DNA of 64,000 nt. Origin: Chloroflexota bacterium (GTDB taxonomy: Bacteria > Chloroflexota > Limnocylindria > Limnocylindrales > CSP1-4). Positions 46,769 through 56,951 of the stretch are shown here, piece after piece; positions within the stretch are counted from its first letter, which is position 1; every line of letters starts with the position of its first letter. Both the position numbers and the translations under genes were made by a program. The notes beneath the pieces were generated by a model. The model saw only the letters and a program-made list of their open reading frames with translations. It searched no databases and had not been told where the DNA came from. Location: positions 45,893 to 109,892 of the forward strand of contig PMBR01000089.1 in NCBI GenBank assembly GCA_003152995.1, given 5' to 3'.

Positions 46769-47824
46769 TTATTCATCAAAGACGATTGCCACCTTGCCAG
46801 ACTTGCCCTCATCCATCGTCCGGTAAGCCTCGCTTGCCTTCTCGAGCGGGAAGCGATGCGTGCATGTCACATCCGGGTGCATCTTCCAGCGCGGCATCCG
46901 CTCGACCAGGTCCTCGGCGTTGCCGAGGTTCGTCACCCAGGAGCCGAAGATGGTCTTCTGGTCGTGGATCATGTCCGGGCTCGGGTTCAGCTCGACGGTG
47001 CCGCCCTCGCCCACGAAGGCGATACGGCCCCAGCGACGCGTCGCGCGGACGGCGAGCTGCCGGCCCGCAGACGCCCCGGAGCAATCGATGGCGACTTCGC
47101 AGCCGAGGCCCTCGGTCGCTTCGCGGATCTTCGCGATGGCGTTCTCGTCGGCCTTGACCACAAGATCGGCCAAGCCGAGCTTCTCGGCCAGCGCGATCCG
47201 CTCCGGAACCACGTCGGCGCCGATGACCTTCGTCGCACCGCGCGCCCGGGCGAGCATGAGCGACGCGAGCCCCATGGGTCCGAGGCCCACGACGAGCGCG
47301 GTGTCGTCGCCGGAGACGTCGATCCGCCGAATTGCCTCGTAGCACGTGCCAAACCCGCAGGCTACGCAGGCCCCGTCGATGTAGCTCATAGAGTCCGGCA
47401 TGAGCACGCAGTCGGCTTCCTCGGCCAGGCAGAACTCGGCGTTTCCGCCGTTACGCTGCCACCCATAGGCCGCGCGCAAGGGACTCGTGCAGCTGATCTG
47501 GTAGCCGGTGCGGCACTCGTGGCAGCGGCCGCAGCCACTGATGTGATAGAGGAGGACGCGGTCGCCTTCCTTGAAGCGGCGCATGTCCAAGCCCGTGGCC
47601 ACGATCTGCCCGGACGGCTCGTGGCCGCAGATCATTCCCGGCGTGTAGCCTTCCGGCCCCTTACCCAGGTGCTGCCGATAGATCGCCCGGATGTCGCTAC
47701 CGCAGATCGTCGAGGCCTTCATCTTGATGAGGACCTGGCCCGGGGCCGGCCGCGGCACCGGAAACTCGCGGAGTTCCACGGTGCTGTTTCCAGGGAGGAC
47801 GGCTCCGAGCATCGTCTGCGCCAT
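46769..47824 (-). CDS. yphC: Zinc-binding alcohol/polyol dehydrogenase, YphC-like
   Basis: ICGSD, GHEP, structural-Zn CGRCHEC..C, GLGPMG. LPGNSTV, YHISGCG, AAYGWQR and GSWVT match my recollection of E. coli YphC. Confidence 0.85.
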   Translation of the reverse strand: MAQTMLGAVLPGNSTVELREFPVPRPAPGQVLIKMKASTICGSDIRAIYRQHLGKGPEGYTPGMICGHEPSGQIVATGLDMRRFKEGDRVLLYHISGCGRCHECRTGYQISCTSPLRAAYGWQRNGGNAEFCLAEEADCVLMPDSMSYIDGACVACGFGTCYEAIRRIDVSGDDTALVVGLGPMGLASLMLARARGATKVIGADVVPERIALAEKLGLADLVVKADENAIAKIREATEGLGCEVAIDCSGASAGRQLAVRATRRWGRIAFVGEGGTVELNPSPDMIHDQKTIFGSWVTNLGNAEDLVERMPRWKMHPDVTCTHRFPLEKASEAYRTMDEGKSGKVAIVFDE

Positions 47825-47861
47825 ATTGCGCTCCTTGTATCTTCGCGGGCGGGGCAGCCCA

Positions 47862-47928
47862 TGTTATCGTTACCAGGGCCGTGTTATCGATACCACGGCT
47901 CGCGTCGCCGCCTATGTTATCGTTAACA
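47862..47928. promoter_or_regulatory. Three LacI-type operators TGTTATCGWTAMCA in the divergent promoter
   Basis: TGTTATCGTTACCA 47862-47875, TGTTATCGATACCA 47882-47895, TGTTATCGTTAACA 47915-47928; palindromic with a central CG. Confidence 0.85.
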
Positions 47929-47981
47929 AGATTTCAGCGCATCACGATTTCGACACCCACCTGTAACGAAGATCTGAGGAC

Positions 47982-49052
47982 GTGAGCACTCTCCACGATG
48001 TCGCCAGGCTGGCCGGAGTCTCGAAGATGACCGTCTCGCGGGTCATCAACGACTCCCGGCACACCAGCCCGGAGACCCGAGAGCGCGTGAATCGGGCGAT
48101 CGCTGAGCTTGGGTACATGCCCAACGTGCTCGCGCGCCAACTGCGGTCCAAGACCACCAAGACCATCGCCCTGGTCCTGACCGACATCGCCAACCCCTTC
48201 TTCACCACCATCGCGCGCGGCGTCGAGGACGCGGCCCGGGCCCGCGGCTACGCGGTCATGTTCTGCAACACGGACGAGTCGGAGGCGGAGGAGCTCGAGT
48301 ACCTGCGTGTTCTCATCCAGCGCCAGGTGGATGGCGTGCTGCTGGTGCCGGCGACAGATTCGAGCGTGTCGCTCAAATTGCTTGCGGAGCATGGGCTGCC
48401 GGCCGTGGTTCTGGACCGGCGCGTTCGCTCGGCGGAGGTGGACGAGGTCCGCACGGACTCGGAATTCGGGGCCCTCCTGGCCGTCCGACACCTGATCGAG
48501 CTCGGCCATCGCCGTGTCGTCGTGCTCGCCGGCCCCGAGACTGTTTCGACGTCGACGGACCGGGTCGCGGGCTACCGACGCGCCCTAGAAGAGGCGGACA
48601 TAGGGCCGGAGAGCGAGCAGGTCATCTTCGGCGAGTACAACGAGGCCAGCGGATACGAGATGACCCGGCGGGCGCTGGTGGCTCGACCGCAGCCTACAGC
48701 GATCTTCGCGTGCAACAACTTCATTGCCATCGGCGCCATCCAGGCCCTTCGCGAGTCGGGAATGGTCGTACCCGCGGACATGTCGATTGCGGTCTTCGAC
48801 GACCTGCCACAGGGATGGGTTCTCGATCCATTCATGACCGTCGTTGCTCAGCCCGCGTACGAGATCGGCAGGCAGGCCGCCGAACTGATGCTCGAGCGAC
48901 TGGCGGGCCATGCGCCGGCCGACCCGCGCACCATCGTCCTGCCATGCCAGCTGATCACGCGCCGGTCGACCGCGCCGCCGCGTCGCGAAGCGACAATCGA
49001 GCCAGCAATCAAGGTTCCCGCCCAGTGGGCACAAACGGAGAGTCATGCATGA
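47982..49052 (+). CDS. LacI-family transcriptional regulator
   Basis: STLHDVARLAGVSKMTVSRVIN, YMPNVLARQL, IANPFF. Confidence 0.96.
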   Translation: MSTLHDVARLAGVSKMTVSRVINDSRHTSPETRERVNRAIAELGYMPNVLARQLRSKTTKTIALVLTDIANPFFTTIARGVEDAARARGYAVMFCNTDESEAEELEYLRVLIQRQVDGVLLVPATDSSVSLKLLAEHGLPAVVLDRRVRSAEVDEVRTDSEFGALLAVRHLIELGHRRVVVLAGPETVSTSTDRVAGYRRALEEADIGPESEQVIFGEYNEASGYEMTRRALVARPQPTAIFACNNFIAIGAIQALRESGMVVPADMSIAVFDDLPQGWVLDPFMTVVAQPAYEIGRQAAELMLERLAGHAPADPRTIVLPCQLITRRSTAPPRREATIEPAIKVPAQWAQTESHA

Positions 49053-50092
49053 GCCAGGTACAGCCCGGATCGTTCAGCATCGCCGATGACGGGGTCGACC
49101 CCCGCCAGGTTCCCCAGCGAACGCTGTGGACCGGCGAGAAGATGCCGGCCATGGGGCTCGGGACCTTCGGGTCGGACCGCTTCTCGGCCGAGGACGTCGC
49201 CAAGGCCGTGATCGGCGCCGCCGAGGTCGGCTACCGGCATTTCGACTGCGCCAAGGTGTACGGCAACGAGCACTACATCGGTGCCTCGCTCGAGACGATC
49301 GTGGCCGGTGGGATCCCCCGCGAAGAGCTGTGGGTTACCTCCAAGCTCTGGAACGACAAGCACGCCCCGGCGGACGTGATCCCGACGTTCATGGAGTCAT
49401 TGCGGGACCTGCGCCTCGATTACCTCGATCTGTACCTGATCCACTGGCCCTTCCCGAACCACCATGCGCCGGGCGTGGACGTGACCTCGCGCTCCCACGA
49501 TGCAAAGCCGTACATCCATGAAGAGTTCATGGCCACGTGGCGCGAGCTCGAGAAGCTCGTAGATCAGGGCCTCGTGCGGCACATCGGCACCTCGAACATG
49601 ACGATCGCCAAGCTGAAGCTGCTCCTCCGCGATGCCCGCATCAAGCCCGCCTGCAACGAGATGGAACTCCATCCGTGCTTCCAGCAGCCCGAGCTCTTCA
49701 AGTTCGTGATGGACAACGGCATCGTGCCCATCGGTTTTGCGCCGATCGGCTCGCCGACTCGCCCGGAACGCGACCGAACCGCCGAAGACGCCGTCGACAT
49801 CCAGGAGCCGGCCATCCAGGCAGTCGCCAAGCGGCTCGGCGTCCACCCGGCCACCGTCTGCGTGAAGTGGGCCGTTCAGCGCGGTCAGGTGCCGATCCCA
49901 ATGTCGATCTACCGCAACGAGTACCTGAGCAACCTCCGCTCCACGGTCACCGATCCCCTCACCGACGACGAGATGGCTGCGATCGCGGAGTGCGACCGCA
50001 ACAGCCGCCTCATCAAGGGCCAGGTCTTCCTCTGGAAGGACGGCCAGACCTGGGAGGATCTCTGGGATCTCGACGGCAACATCGCCCAGTAA
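49049..50092 (+). CDS. Aldo/keto reductase
   Basis: [34 protein letters not shown]. Confidence 0.93.
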   Translation: MSQVQPGSFSIADDGVDPRQVPQRTLWTGEKMPAMGLGTFGSDRFSAEDVAKAVIGAAEVGYRHFDCAKVYGNEHYIGASLETIVAGGIPREELWVTSKLWNDKHAPADVIPTFMESLRDLRLDYLDLYLIHWPFPNHHAPGVDVTSRSHDAKPYIHEEFMATWRELEKLVDQGLVRHIGTSNMTIAKLKLLLRDARIKPACNEMELHPCFQQPELFKFVMDNGIVPIGFAPIGSPTRPERDRTAEDAVDIQEPAIQAVAKRLGVHPATVCVKWAVQRGQVPIPMSIYRNEYLSNLRSTVTDPLTDDEMAAIAECDRNSRLIKGQVFLWKDGQTWEDLWDLDGNIAQ

Positions 50093-50184
50093 TTCCCAAG
50101 CCCAATGAACGACACGGTGCGCCGAGACTAGAATCCGCGAACCCGGCCGTTCGCCAGCTTCCCAGCTATCTAAGGAGGCGCACC

Positions 50185-51996
50185 GTGGTCAAGCCCGCAC
50201 TCTCGACGAACCGGTACGTCGGCGGCTGGCCGAAGATCGGAATCCGCCCGGCGATCGACGGCCGGCGGAACGGGGTCCGCGAATCGCTCGAAGGGCAGAC
50301 CATGGGCCTGGCGCGGGCCGCGGCCGAGTTCCTCAGCGCGAACCTGCGGTACCCGGACGGTCGGCCGGTGGAATGCGTCGTGCCCGATGACTGCATCGGT
50401 GGCGTCGTGGAAGCCGCCCGCGCGGCCGAACGCTTCCGACGGGAGGGCGTCGGAGTCTCGTTGACCGTGACCCCGTGCTGGTGCTACGGATCCGAAACGA
50501 TGGATATGGATCCCCTGACGCCCAAGGCGGTGTGGGGATTCAACGGAACCGAGCGCCCTGGCGCGGTGTACCTCGCCGCCGTCCTGGCCGGCCATGCGCA
50601 GAAGGGGCTCCCGGCCTTCGGCATCTACGGCCGCGACGTGCAGGATGCCGGCGACGGCGCCATCCCGGGCGACGTGCAGGAGAAGCTGCTCCGCTTCGCT
50701 CGGGCCGGCCTGGCCGCGGCGATCATGCGCGGCAAGTCATACCTCTCCCTCGGCGGGGTCTCGATGGGCATCGCCGGCTCGATCGTCGACCAGGGCTTCT
50801 TCGAGCGCTACCTCGGCATGCGCGTCGAGTCGGTGGACATGAGCGAGATCACGCGGCGGATCGAGGAAGGCATCTTCGATCCCGCCGAGTTCGCCCGGGC
50901 CCACAAGTGGGTACGCGCCAATTGCCACGAGGGCACGGACCGCAATACCCCAGACCAGACACGAAGCCGCCAGCAGAAGGACCGCGACTGGGAAACGGTC
51001 GTGAAGATGTTCCTCATTGCGCGTGACCTGCTTGTCGGCAATGCCCGTCTCGCCGAACTCGGATTTGGCGAGGAGGCGATGGGCCACAACGCAATCCTCG
51101 GCGGCTTCCAGGGCCAGCGCCACTGGACGGACCACTCCCCCAACGGCGACTTCATGGAGGCATTCCTGAACTCGTCCTTTGACTGGGATGGCGTCCGAGC
51201 GCCGTACGTCTTCGCCACCGAGAACGACAGCCTCAACGGCGCGTCGATGCTCTTCGGCTACCTGCTTACGAATACGGCCCAGGTTTTCGCCGACGTGCGG
51301 ACCTACTGGAGCCCGGACGCGGTGCGGCGGGTGACCGGCCATACGCTCGCGGGCCGAGCCTCGGGTGGTGTCATCCACTTGATCAACTCCGGAGCGGCCA
51401 GCATGGACGCTACCGGCGGATCGCAGCGCGACGGCGCCCCGGCGATGAAACCCTTCTGGGAGATCGGCGAGGACGAGGCCAGGCGCAGCCTCGAGGCCAC
51501 GACATGGATGCCGGCCGTGACCGGCTACTTCCGTGGCGGCGGATTCTCTTCGCTCTTCACTTCGCCCGGGGGCATGCCGGTGACGATGGCCCGCATCAAC
51601 CTCGTCCACGGCATCGGCCCGGTCCTCCAGCTGGCCGAGGGCTGGACGGTGGATTTGCCGCCCGAAGTGCACAGCACTCTGGACCTGCGCACGGACCCGA
51701 CGTGGCCGACTCAATGGTTCGCGCCGACTCTCACAGGGAGTGGCGCGTTCAAGGACGTGTACAGCGTTATGGCCAACTGGGGCGCCAATCACTGCGCCAT
51801 GAGCTACGGGCACATCGGCGAGGATCTGATCAGCCTGGCCGCCCTGCTCCGCATTCCGGTCAGCATGCACAACGTGGCGGCCGAGAAACTCTTCCGCCCG
51901 AGCGTCTGGAATACTCTCGGAACGGCCGATCCGGAAGGCGCCGACTACCGGGCCTGCGCGAATTTCGGGCCGCTGTACGGTCGGAGCGGCGTCTGA
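50185..51996 (+). CDS. fucI: L-fucose/D-arabinose isomerase
   Basis: [55 protein letters not shown]. Confidence 0.96.
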   Translation: MVKPALSTNRYVGGWPKIGIRPAIDGRRNGVRESLEGQTMGLARAAAEFLSANLRYPDGRPVECVVPDDCIGGVVEAARAAERFRREGVGVSLTVTPCWCYGSETMDMDPLTPKAVWGFNGTERPGAVYLAAVLAGHAQKGLPAFGIYGRDVQDAGDGAIPGDVQEKLLRFARAGLAAAIMRGKSYLSLGGVSMGIAGSIVDQGFFERYLGMRVESVDMSEITRRIEEGIFDPAEFARAHKWVRANCHEGTDRNTPDQTRSRQQKDRDWETVVKMFLIARDLLVGNARLAELGFGEEAMGHNAILGGFQGQRHWTDHSPNGDFMEAFLNSSFDWDGVRAPYVFATENDSLNGASMLFGYLLTNTAQVFADVRTYWSPDAVRRVTGHTLAGRASGGVIHLINSGAASMDATGGSQRDGAPAMKPFWEIGEDEARRSLEATTWMPAVTGYFRGGGFSSLFTSPGGMPVTMARINLVHGIGPVLQLAEGWTVDLPPEVHSTLDLRTDPTWPTQWFAPTLTGSGAFKDVYSVMANWGANHCAMSYGHIGEDLISLAALLRIPVSMHNVAAEKLFRPSVWNTLGTADPEGADYRACANFGPLYGRSGV

Positions 51997-52026
51997 AGCG
52001 TCCACCTCCGGGCGAGTTCGGCCGCG

Positions 52027-53112
52027 TCAGACGCAGTTCGCCGAACCGGAGTCCTGGAAGGTGTAGCTCGGGGCCGGTACGAAGCTCCAGCTATAGCTCG
52101 TCGGCCTCAGGGTCATCTGCATGACGCCGAACGAGGTGTCGTTGCGGACAACCTCGCCGGTGAGCGGTGCCTTCACGAAGCCGTAGTGGTTCTTGCCGCC
52201 GGTTCCCACGACGAACTCGGTGACGCCGCTGGGATCGGGTTGGCCGGCCGCATTCAGCGGCACGAACCGCTCGTAGTCGTGGTTGTGTCCGCTCAGGACG
52301 ACGCTCACATGCGCGGCCACGAGGTCGGCCCAGATGTCGTTCATCTGAGTCGCGTCCAGGTGCTCCCCGGACGACCAGCGGGGTTCGTGCCAGTAGACGA
52401 GCGTGCACTTCGAGGGATGGGCGGCGAGGTCGGCCAGGAGCCAGCGCTCCTGCTGCGAGCCCGCCTGGCAGCCGCCGACGAAATGGCACTCCGAATCGAG
52501 TGTGATCAAATGCCAGGCACCCAGATTGAAGCTGTAGTAGGCCGGGACTCCGAAGTATCCGAAGTAGCCTGAGGCCCCCGATGTCAGGTACTCGTGGTTG
52601 CCGATCGCCGGGTACATGATCGAGCGGTACTTGCCCCACGTAGGACCGAACACGGTCTGGAAGGCAGCGAGAGTGCCGTTCTCGTACTGATTGTCGCCGA
52701 GCGTCAGGACGGCGGTGGGGTCCAGCTGGCCGATGAGGTTCGCGGTGGCTGCCTGGTCGCAGTCCTGCGGCGGGGCAATCTTGCTGGCCGGATCGCAGGC
52801 GATGTCGCCCGCGGCGACGATCGTGACCACCGCTGATGGCGAGGATGGAATCTGACTCGGGCCGAAGAAGGTCGGGCCGGGCGTGGGGCCTGAACCGGTC
52901 GGCCCGGTACTCGCGGGATCCGTCGGCGACACGGCGGCGGGCGAGGCGGTCACCCCCAGGATCGCGCTCATTGGCGAGGGGCTGCCCGGCTGCGTCGTGG
53001 GGTTGAGCGACGGCGCGGTGCTGGAGCAGGCACACAGGAAGACAACGAGGACACCGGCGAGGCCGATCCTGGCGCTTGTGCGACGAATGGGAGCGTAAGC
53101 GGCGGGGGTCAT
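52027..53112 (-). CDS. Calcineurin-like metallophosphoesterase lipoprotein
   Basis: AGGAGG RBS; lipobox LCAC; AGDIA, LGDNQY, GNHEY, SGHNHDYER. Confidence 0.9.
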   Translation of the reverse strand: MTPAAYAPIRRTSARIGLAGVLVVFLCACSSTAPSLNPTTQPGSPSPMSAILGVTASPAAVSPTDPASTGPTGSGPTPGPTFFGPSQIPSSPSAVVTIVAAGDIACDPASKIAPPQDCDQAATANLIGQLDPTAVLTLGDNQYENGTLAAFQTVFGPTWGKYRSIMYPAIGNHEYLTSGASGYFGYFGVPAYYSFNLGAWHLITLDSECHFVGGCQAGSQQERWLLADLAAHPSKCTLVYWHEPRWSSGEHLDATQMNDIWADLVAAHVSVVLSGHNHDYERFVPLNAAGQPDPSGVTEFVVGTGGKNHYGFVKAPLTGEVVRNDTSFGVMQMTLRPTSYSWSFVPAPSYTFQDSGSANCV

Positions 53113-53421
53113 CAAGGCCTCCTGAACGGACGGGTCCGAAACCGAACCGGGGCCTTGAACGCCCGCGGCAGGCCCGATCGACCCGGGCGTTTGCGCAGTA
53201 TCGACCGACCAGAGTCGGCTGACCGACCCCATGCGGGCCGTTCTGTCTGTCGAGTCGGCCGGCCCACCTGAGAAGACGCGGATTGTAGAAGCGGCCGGCC
53301 ACCGCCCGACGCTTCGGCTCAAACTGGCCCGCCAGTCGCTCCGGGTCGGAGCAGCCCGCGGACGCCGTGCCACCCTGCGCATCGAGCCTCGAGCCGACGC
53401 GGGCAGGGTTGGCCGGCCGAA

Positions 53422-53540
53422 GCGGCGGGCGGGCGGTCCGGTGGGCGGCGGGCGGCGGGCTGGTGGCGGCGGGCGGTGGGCCGCGTGCGGCGGGCGGCGG
53501 GCGGTGGGCTGGTGGCGGCGGGCCGCGGCTGGCGGGGGGT
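53422..53540 (+). repeat. A-free G-rich low-complexity tract of degenerate GGGCGGY units
   Basis: 119 nt without an A; many GGG runs; intergenic. Confidence 0.8.
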
Positions 53541-53689
53541 ACGTGGCGCCGACGAAGCCATCGGGCTCGGGACGATCGGCGTCACAGGCGTCGAGTCTTC
53601 GCGCAATCCATAATTGCCCTTCATGGGACGACCATCCTGAGCGGCAGTCGACGACGGCCCTGGCGACCCCGGCGGGTCGCGAGGTGGCC

Positions 53690-54967
53690 GTGACGGCCGC
53701 CACGCCGAATCGCGCCGCGGAAGGCACGCCCTGGACGCTGCGCGCCATCTACATAGCCATCGGTCTATCTACGGCTTCGGTCGCTCCGTTCGTGCCCGTC
53801 ATCCTCAAGGGGCGAGGGCTGGACTCGGCCACGATCGGACTCGTGGCGGCCCTCGGGGCGCTCGCTGCGACGCTGGTCGTTCCCGCCTGGGGCCACCTCG
53901 CGGACGCGATCGTGGGGCGCGCCCGGGCCTTTCGGATCGGTCTCGTCATCTCCGCATTCGTTGCGGCCGGTCTGCTGTTCCACCTGCCGCTGGTCGTCGT
54001 CGCCGCGATGTTCGCCTCCTTCACGGTGTTCGCGAGCCTGTTCATCGGACTGGGCGATGCGCTGGCCGTCGTCGACCTGCCGGCGCCGGAGCGACAGTAC
54101 GGCGCCTTGCGCGCGCACGCGAGCCTGTCGTTCACCGTCGGAATCATCGTGGTCGGCTTCCTCTATAGCTGGGCCGGATACGGCGCGGCGCCGGCGGTCT
54201 TTCTGGTTTGGGTGGGCGCGCTGTTGCTCCTCGTCGGCAGAATCCCCGACCGAACTGCGCATTCGAAGGCCCGGACCGGCGCCCACGAGTCCGGGCGCAA
54301 AGGGCGAAGTCGCTTTGGATCGCTGGGCCTCGCATTCGCCGCCCAGCCCAGGCTGCGGGTCCTGCTGGCCGTCTTCGCCTGTGCGTTCGTCGGGGTCCAG
54401 GGGGCGCTGACTTTCGTCGGGATTCGCATCGTCGAGCTCGGCGGACAGCCATCCGATGTCGCGCTTTCGTTCGGCGTGGCCGCAGTGGCCGAGATCCCCG
54501 GTCTCGTCGCCGCCGGTTGGCTGGGTCGGCGGATAGGGCTCCGCTGGCTGTTCGTGGCGTCGCTCGTCCTGTACGGTCTCTGCATCACGTCGTGGGGCAT
54601 CCTGCCCTATGCGGTGGCGATCAACGCCACCCGCGCCGTCACCGGTCTGTGCAACGGCGCGCTCATGGCAGCCCGCGTTCTCATGGTGCCGCGGCTTCTG
54701 CCGCAGTCGTTGCAGGCAACCGGGCAGGTGCTTTTCCAGGCGGCGACGCTCGGCTTTGGAGCGGTCCTGGGCAGCATGGTCGGCGGCGTGTTCTACGACG
54801 CGTTCGGGCCGAGATCCTTCTTCCTGGTCGCGGGCGGCGTGGCGATCGCCGGCGGGATCGCCTCCTGGTTCGTCCTCGCCGGTCCGGTCGGGGCGCGATT
54901 GACGGGTCGGGCCCCGGGTCCATTCGAACTGAGCGACCCACCGGCGCCCGACCTGGCCGCAGAGTGA
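53690..54967 (+). CDS. MFS transporter (MFS_1-like)
   Basis: About 12 TM segments; WGHLADA, YGALRA, AEIP, QATGQ; start codon uncertain. Confidence 0.85.
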   Translation: MTAATPNRAAEGTPWTLRAIYIAIGLSTASVAPFVPVILKGRGLDSATIGLVAALGALAATLVVPAWGHLADAIVGRARAFRIGLVISAFVAAGLLFHLPLVVVAAMFASFTVFASLFIGLGDALAVVDLPAPERQYGALRAHASLSFTVGIIVVGFLYSWAGYGAAPAVFLVWVGALLLLVGRIPDRTAHSKARTGAHESGRKGRSRFGSLGLAFAAQPRLRVLLAVFACAFVGVQGALTFVGIRIVELGGQPSDVALSFGVAAVAEIPGLVAAGWLGRRIGLRWLFVASLVLYGLCITSWGILPYAVAINATRAVTGLCNGALMAARVLMVPRLLPQSLQATGQVLFQAATLGFGAVLGSMVGGVFYDAFGPRSFFLVAGGVAIAGGIASWFVLAGPVGARLTGRAPGPFELSDPPAPDLAAE

Positions 54968-55060
54968 GCCAGCGGGCCGTCCGGCCCAAGCCGTCGCCGG
55001 CGCGGCGGTAGACTCGGTTGTGGGCGCAATGATTCGCAGATCCGCCCGGACGAGGCTCCA

Positions 55061-55444
55061 ATGGACGATTCCATCCGCAGCGCCCTTGGGCACAGCGGAG
55101 TCATCGATATCACGACGACCGGCCGCCGCAGCGGCGAGCCTCGCCGGATCGAGATCGTGTTCCACGTGATCGACGGGCGCATCTTCATCAGCGGCATGCC
55201 CAGGGCGGACCGGAAGCGAAGCTGGCTCATCAACCTCGAGGCCGACCCGAAGTTCACGTTCCACCTGAAGCGCGGGGCCAGGGCCGATCTCCCGGCCACC
55301 GCCCGGGTCATTTCCGACGAAGCCGAACGCCGGGCCATCCTGCCGCAGATCGCTCGCGCCTGGAACCGAACGGACGTCGAGGCCATGGTCGCCCACAGCC
55401 CATTGATCGAAGTCACGATCGAGGGGCTCGACGGCGGGTCATAG
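55061..55444 (+). CDS. Deazaflavin (F420)-dependent nitroreductase-family oxidoreductase
   Basis: ITTTGRRSGEPR and WLINLEADP motifs of Ddn/FDOR-A-like proteins. Confidence 0.8.
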   Translation: MDDSIRSALGHSGVIDITTTGRRSGEPRRIEIVFHVIDGRIFISGMPRADRKRSWLINLEADPKFTFHLKRGARADLPATARVISDEAERRAILPQIARAWNRTDVEAMVAHSPLIEVTIEGLDGGS

Positions 55445-55498
55445 GCCGAACCGGGGCGGCCGGCCGCCGAATCCGCACATCGAGTAGGGTTTGCGGTC

Positions 55499-56938
55499 AT
55501 GGAACGCAAGTGGCTCGTCCTGACCAGCGTGTCGCTGGGCTCGCTCATGGCGACCCTCGACGGCAGCATCGTCAACATCGCGCTGCCGGCGATGCAGACC
55601 GACTTTGGCATAGATCTGACGACGGTCGAGTGGGTCGTCGTCGCCTACCTGCTGGTCGTCGGCAGCCTGTTGCTGCCCTTCGGCCGGCTCGGCGAGGTCC
55701 TGACCTTCAAGCGCGTCTACCTGGTCGGGTTCGCGATCTTCACGCTGGCGAGCGTATGTTGCGGAGCTTCCCCAAGCGCCGCGACGCTGGTGGCGTTCCG
55801 TATCGTCCAGGGCATCGGGGCCGCCATGCTCATGGCCATGGGCCCCGCGATCGTGGCCCACACGTTCCACGACCGTGAGCGCGGACGCGCCCTGGGCCTC
55901 AACGGCGTCAGCGTCGCGATCGGCCTCAGCCTCGGCCCGGCACTCGGCGGAATACTGACCCAGGTCGCGACCTGGCGGGCGATCTTCCTCATCAACGCGC
56001 CGATCGGGTTGCTGGCAATTCTCTGGGCGGCCCGCGTGCTCCCGTCCGAAGCGCCGGGCAAGGATCAGTCGTTCGATGTCAAGGGAGCCACGCTCTCCGG
56101 CGTCGCCCTGTTCGCACTCTTGCTGGCACTCAGCGACGGTCAGGAGTGGGGCTGGACGAGCCCGGCGATCGTCGGTTTGGTCGTCGCCTTCATCGTCCTT
56201 GGTGGCGCCTTCCTCATCACCGAACGCCGCGCGATCCAGCCGATGATCGATCTTGCGCTCTTCCGTATCCGGCCCTTCTCGGCCGGCCTGGCCAGCGTCG
56301 TGGTGGCATTCGCCGGGTTGTTCACCGCGACCTTCCTGCTGCCCTTCCTGCTGGAGCAGGGACGCGGTTTCTCGCCGATCGAGGCCGGCCTGCTGCTCAC
56401 TCCAGTCCCGATCACGATGGCCCTGGTGGCGCCCCTCAGCGGTGTAGCCTCCGACCACTTCGGTCCGCGCGTTCTGGCGAGCGCCGGGATGGGGTTCATG
56501 GTCCTGGGCCTGCTGAGCCTGACCCAGCTGCCGTTGGACTTCGGGCTGCCGGACCTGATCTGGCGGCTCGTCCTGCTGGGCATCGGTCAGGGCATGTTCA
56601 TGAGCCCCAACAGCAGCGCGGTGCTCGGCTCCGTGCCGCGGCCGCGAATCGGGACCGCGTCCGGGACGCTGGCCCAGATGCGGGTCAACGGCCAGGCCGT
56701 GGGGATCGCGTTGAGCGGGGCGATCGTGGCGACGCGGCTGCCGGTCCACCTGGCGGAGTTGGGAGGCGGCGCACCCGCCGCCGCGGCGCACAGCGCGGCG
56801 CTGGCCGGGGCGATCCACGACGCATTCGCGGTGGCCGCGGTCGTCTGTTGCGTCGGAATCGTCACCAGCCTGATACGAGGGTCGAGCCGGCCCGGGCATG
56901 CGCCGACCATGGCCGCCTCGACCCCCGTGCGGCAGTAG
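55499..56938 (+). CDS. DHA2 (EmrB/QacA) MFS efflux transporter
   Basis: LDGSIVNIALP, WVVVAYLL, GPALGG, WRAIFLINAPIG; about 14 TM segments. Confidence 0.93.
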   Translation: MERKWLVLTSVSLGSLMATLDGSIVNIALPAMQTDFGIDLTTVEWVVVAYLLVVGSLLLPFGRLGEVLTFKRVYLVGFAIFTLASVCCGASPSAATLVAFRIVQGIGAAMLMAMGPAIVAHTFHDRERGRALGLNGVSVAIGLSLGPALGGILTQVATWRAIFLINAPIGLLAILWAARVLPSEAPGKDQSFDVKGATLSGVALFALLLALSDGQEWGWTSPAIVGLVVAFIVLGGAFLITERRAIQPMIDLALFRIRPFSAGLASVVVAFAGLFTATFLLPFLLEQGRGFSPIEAGLLLTPVPITMALVAPLSGVASDHFGPRVLASAGMGFMVLGLLSLTQLPLDFGLPDLIWRLVLLGIGQGMFMSPNSSAVLGSVPRPRIGTASGTLAQMRVNGQAVGIALSGAIVATRLPVHLAELGGGAPAAAAHSAALAGAIHDAFAVAAVVCCVGIVTSLIRGSSRPGHAPTMAASTPVRQ

Positions 56939-56951
56939 ACTTCGATCGATC

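Noticed and set aside
53231..53689. Gly/Arg-rich or Pro-rich translations across the G-rich tract
   Set aside because: Frames are open only because the tract lacks A and so cannot form plus-strand stop codons; treated as non-coding
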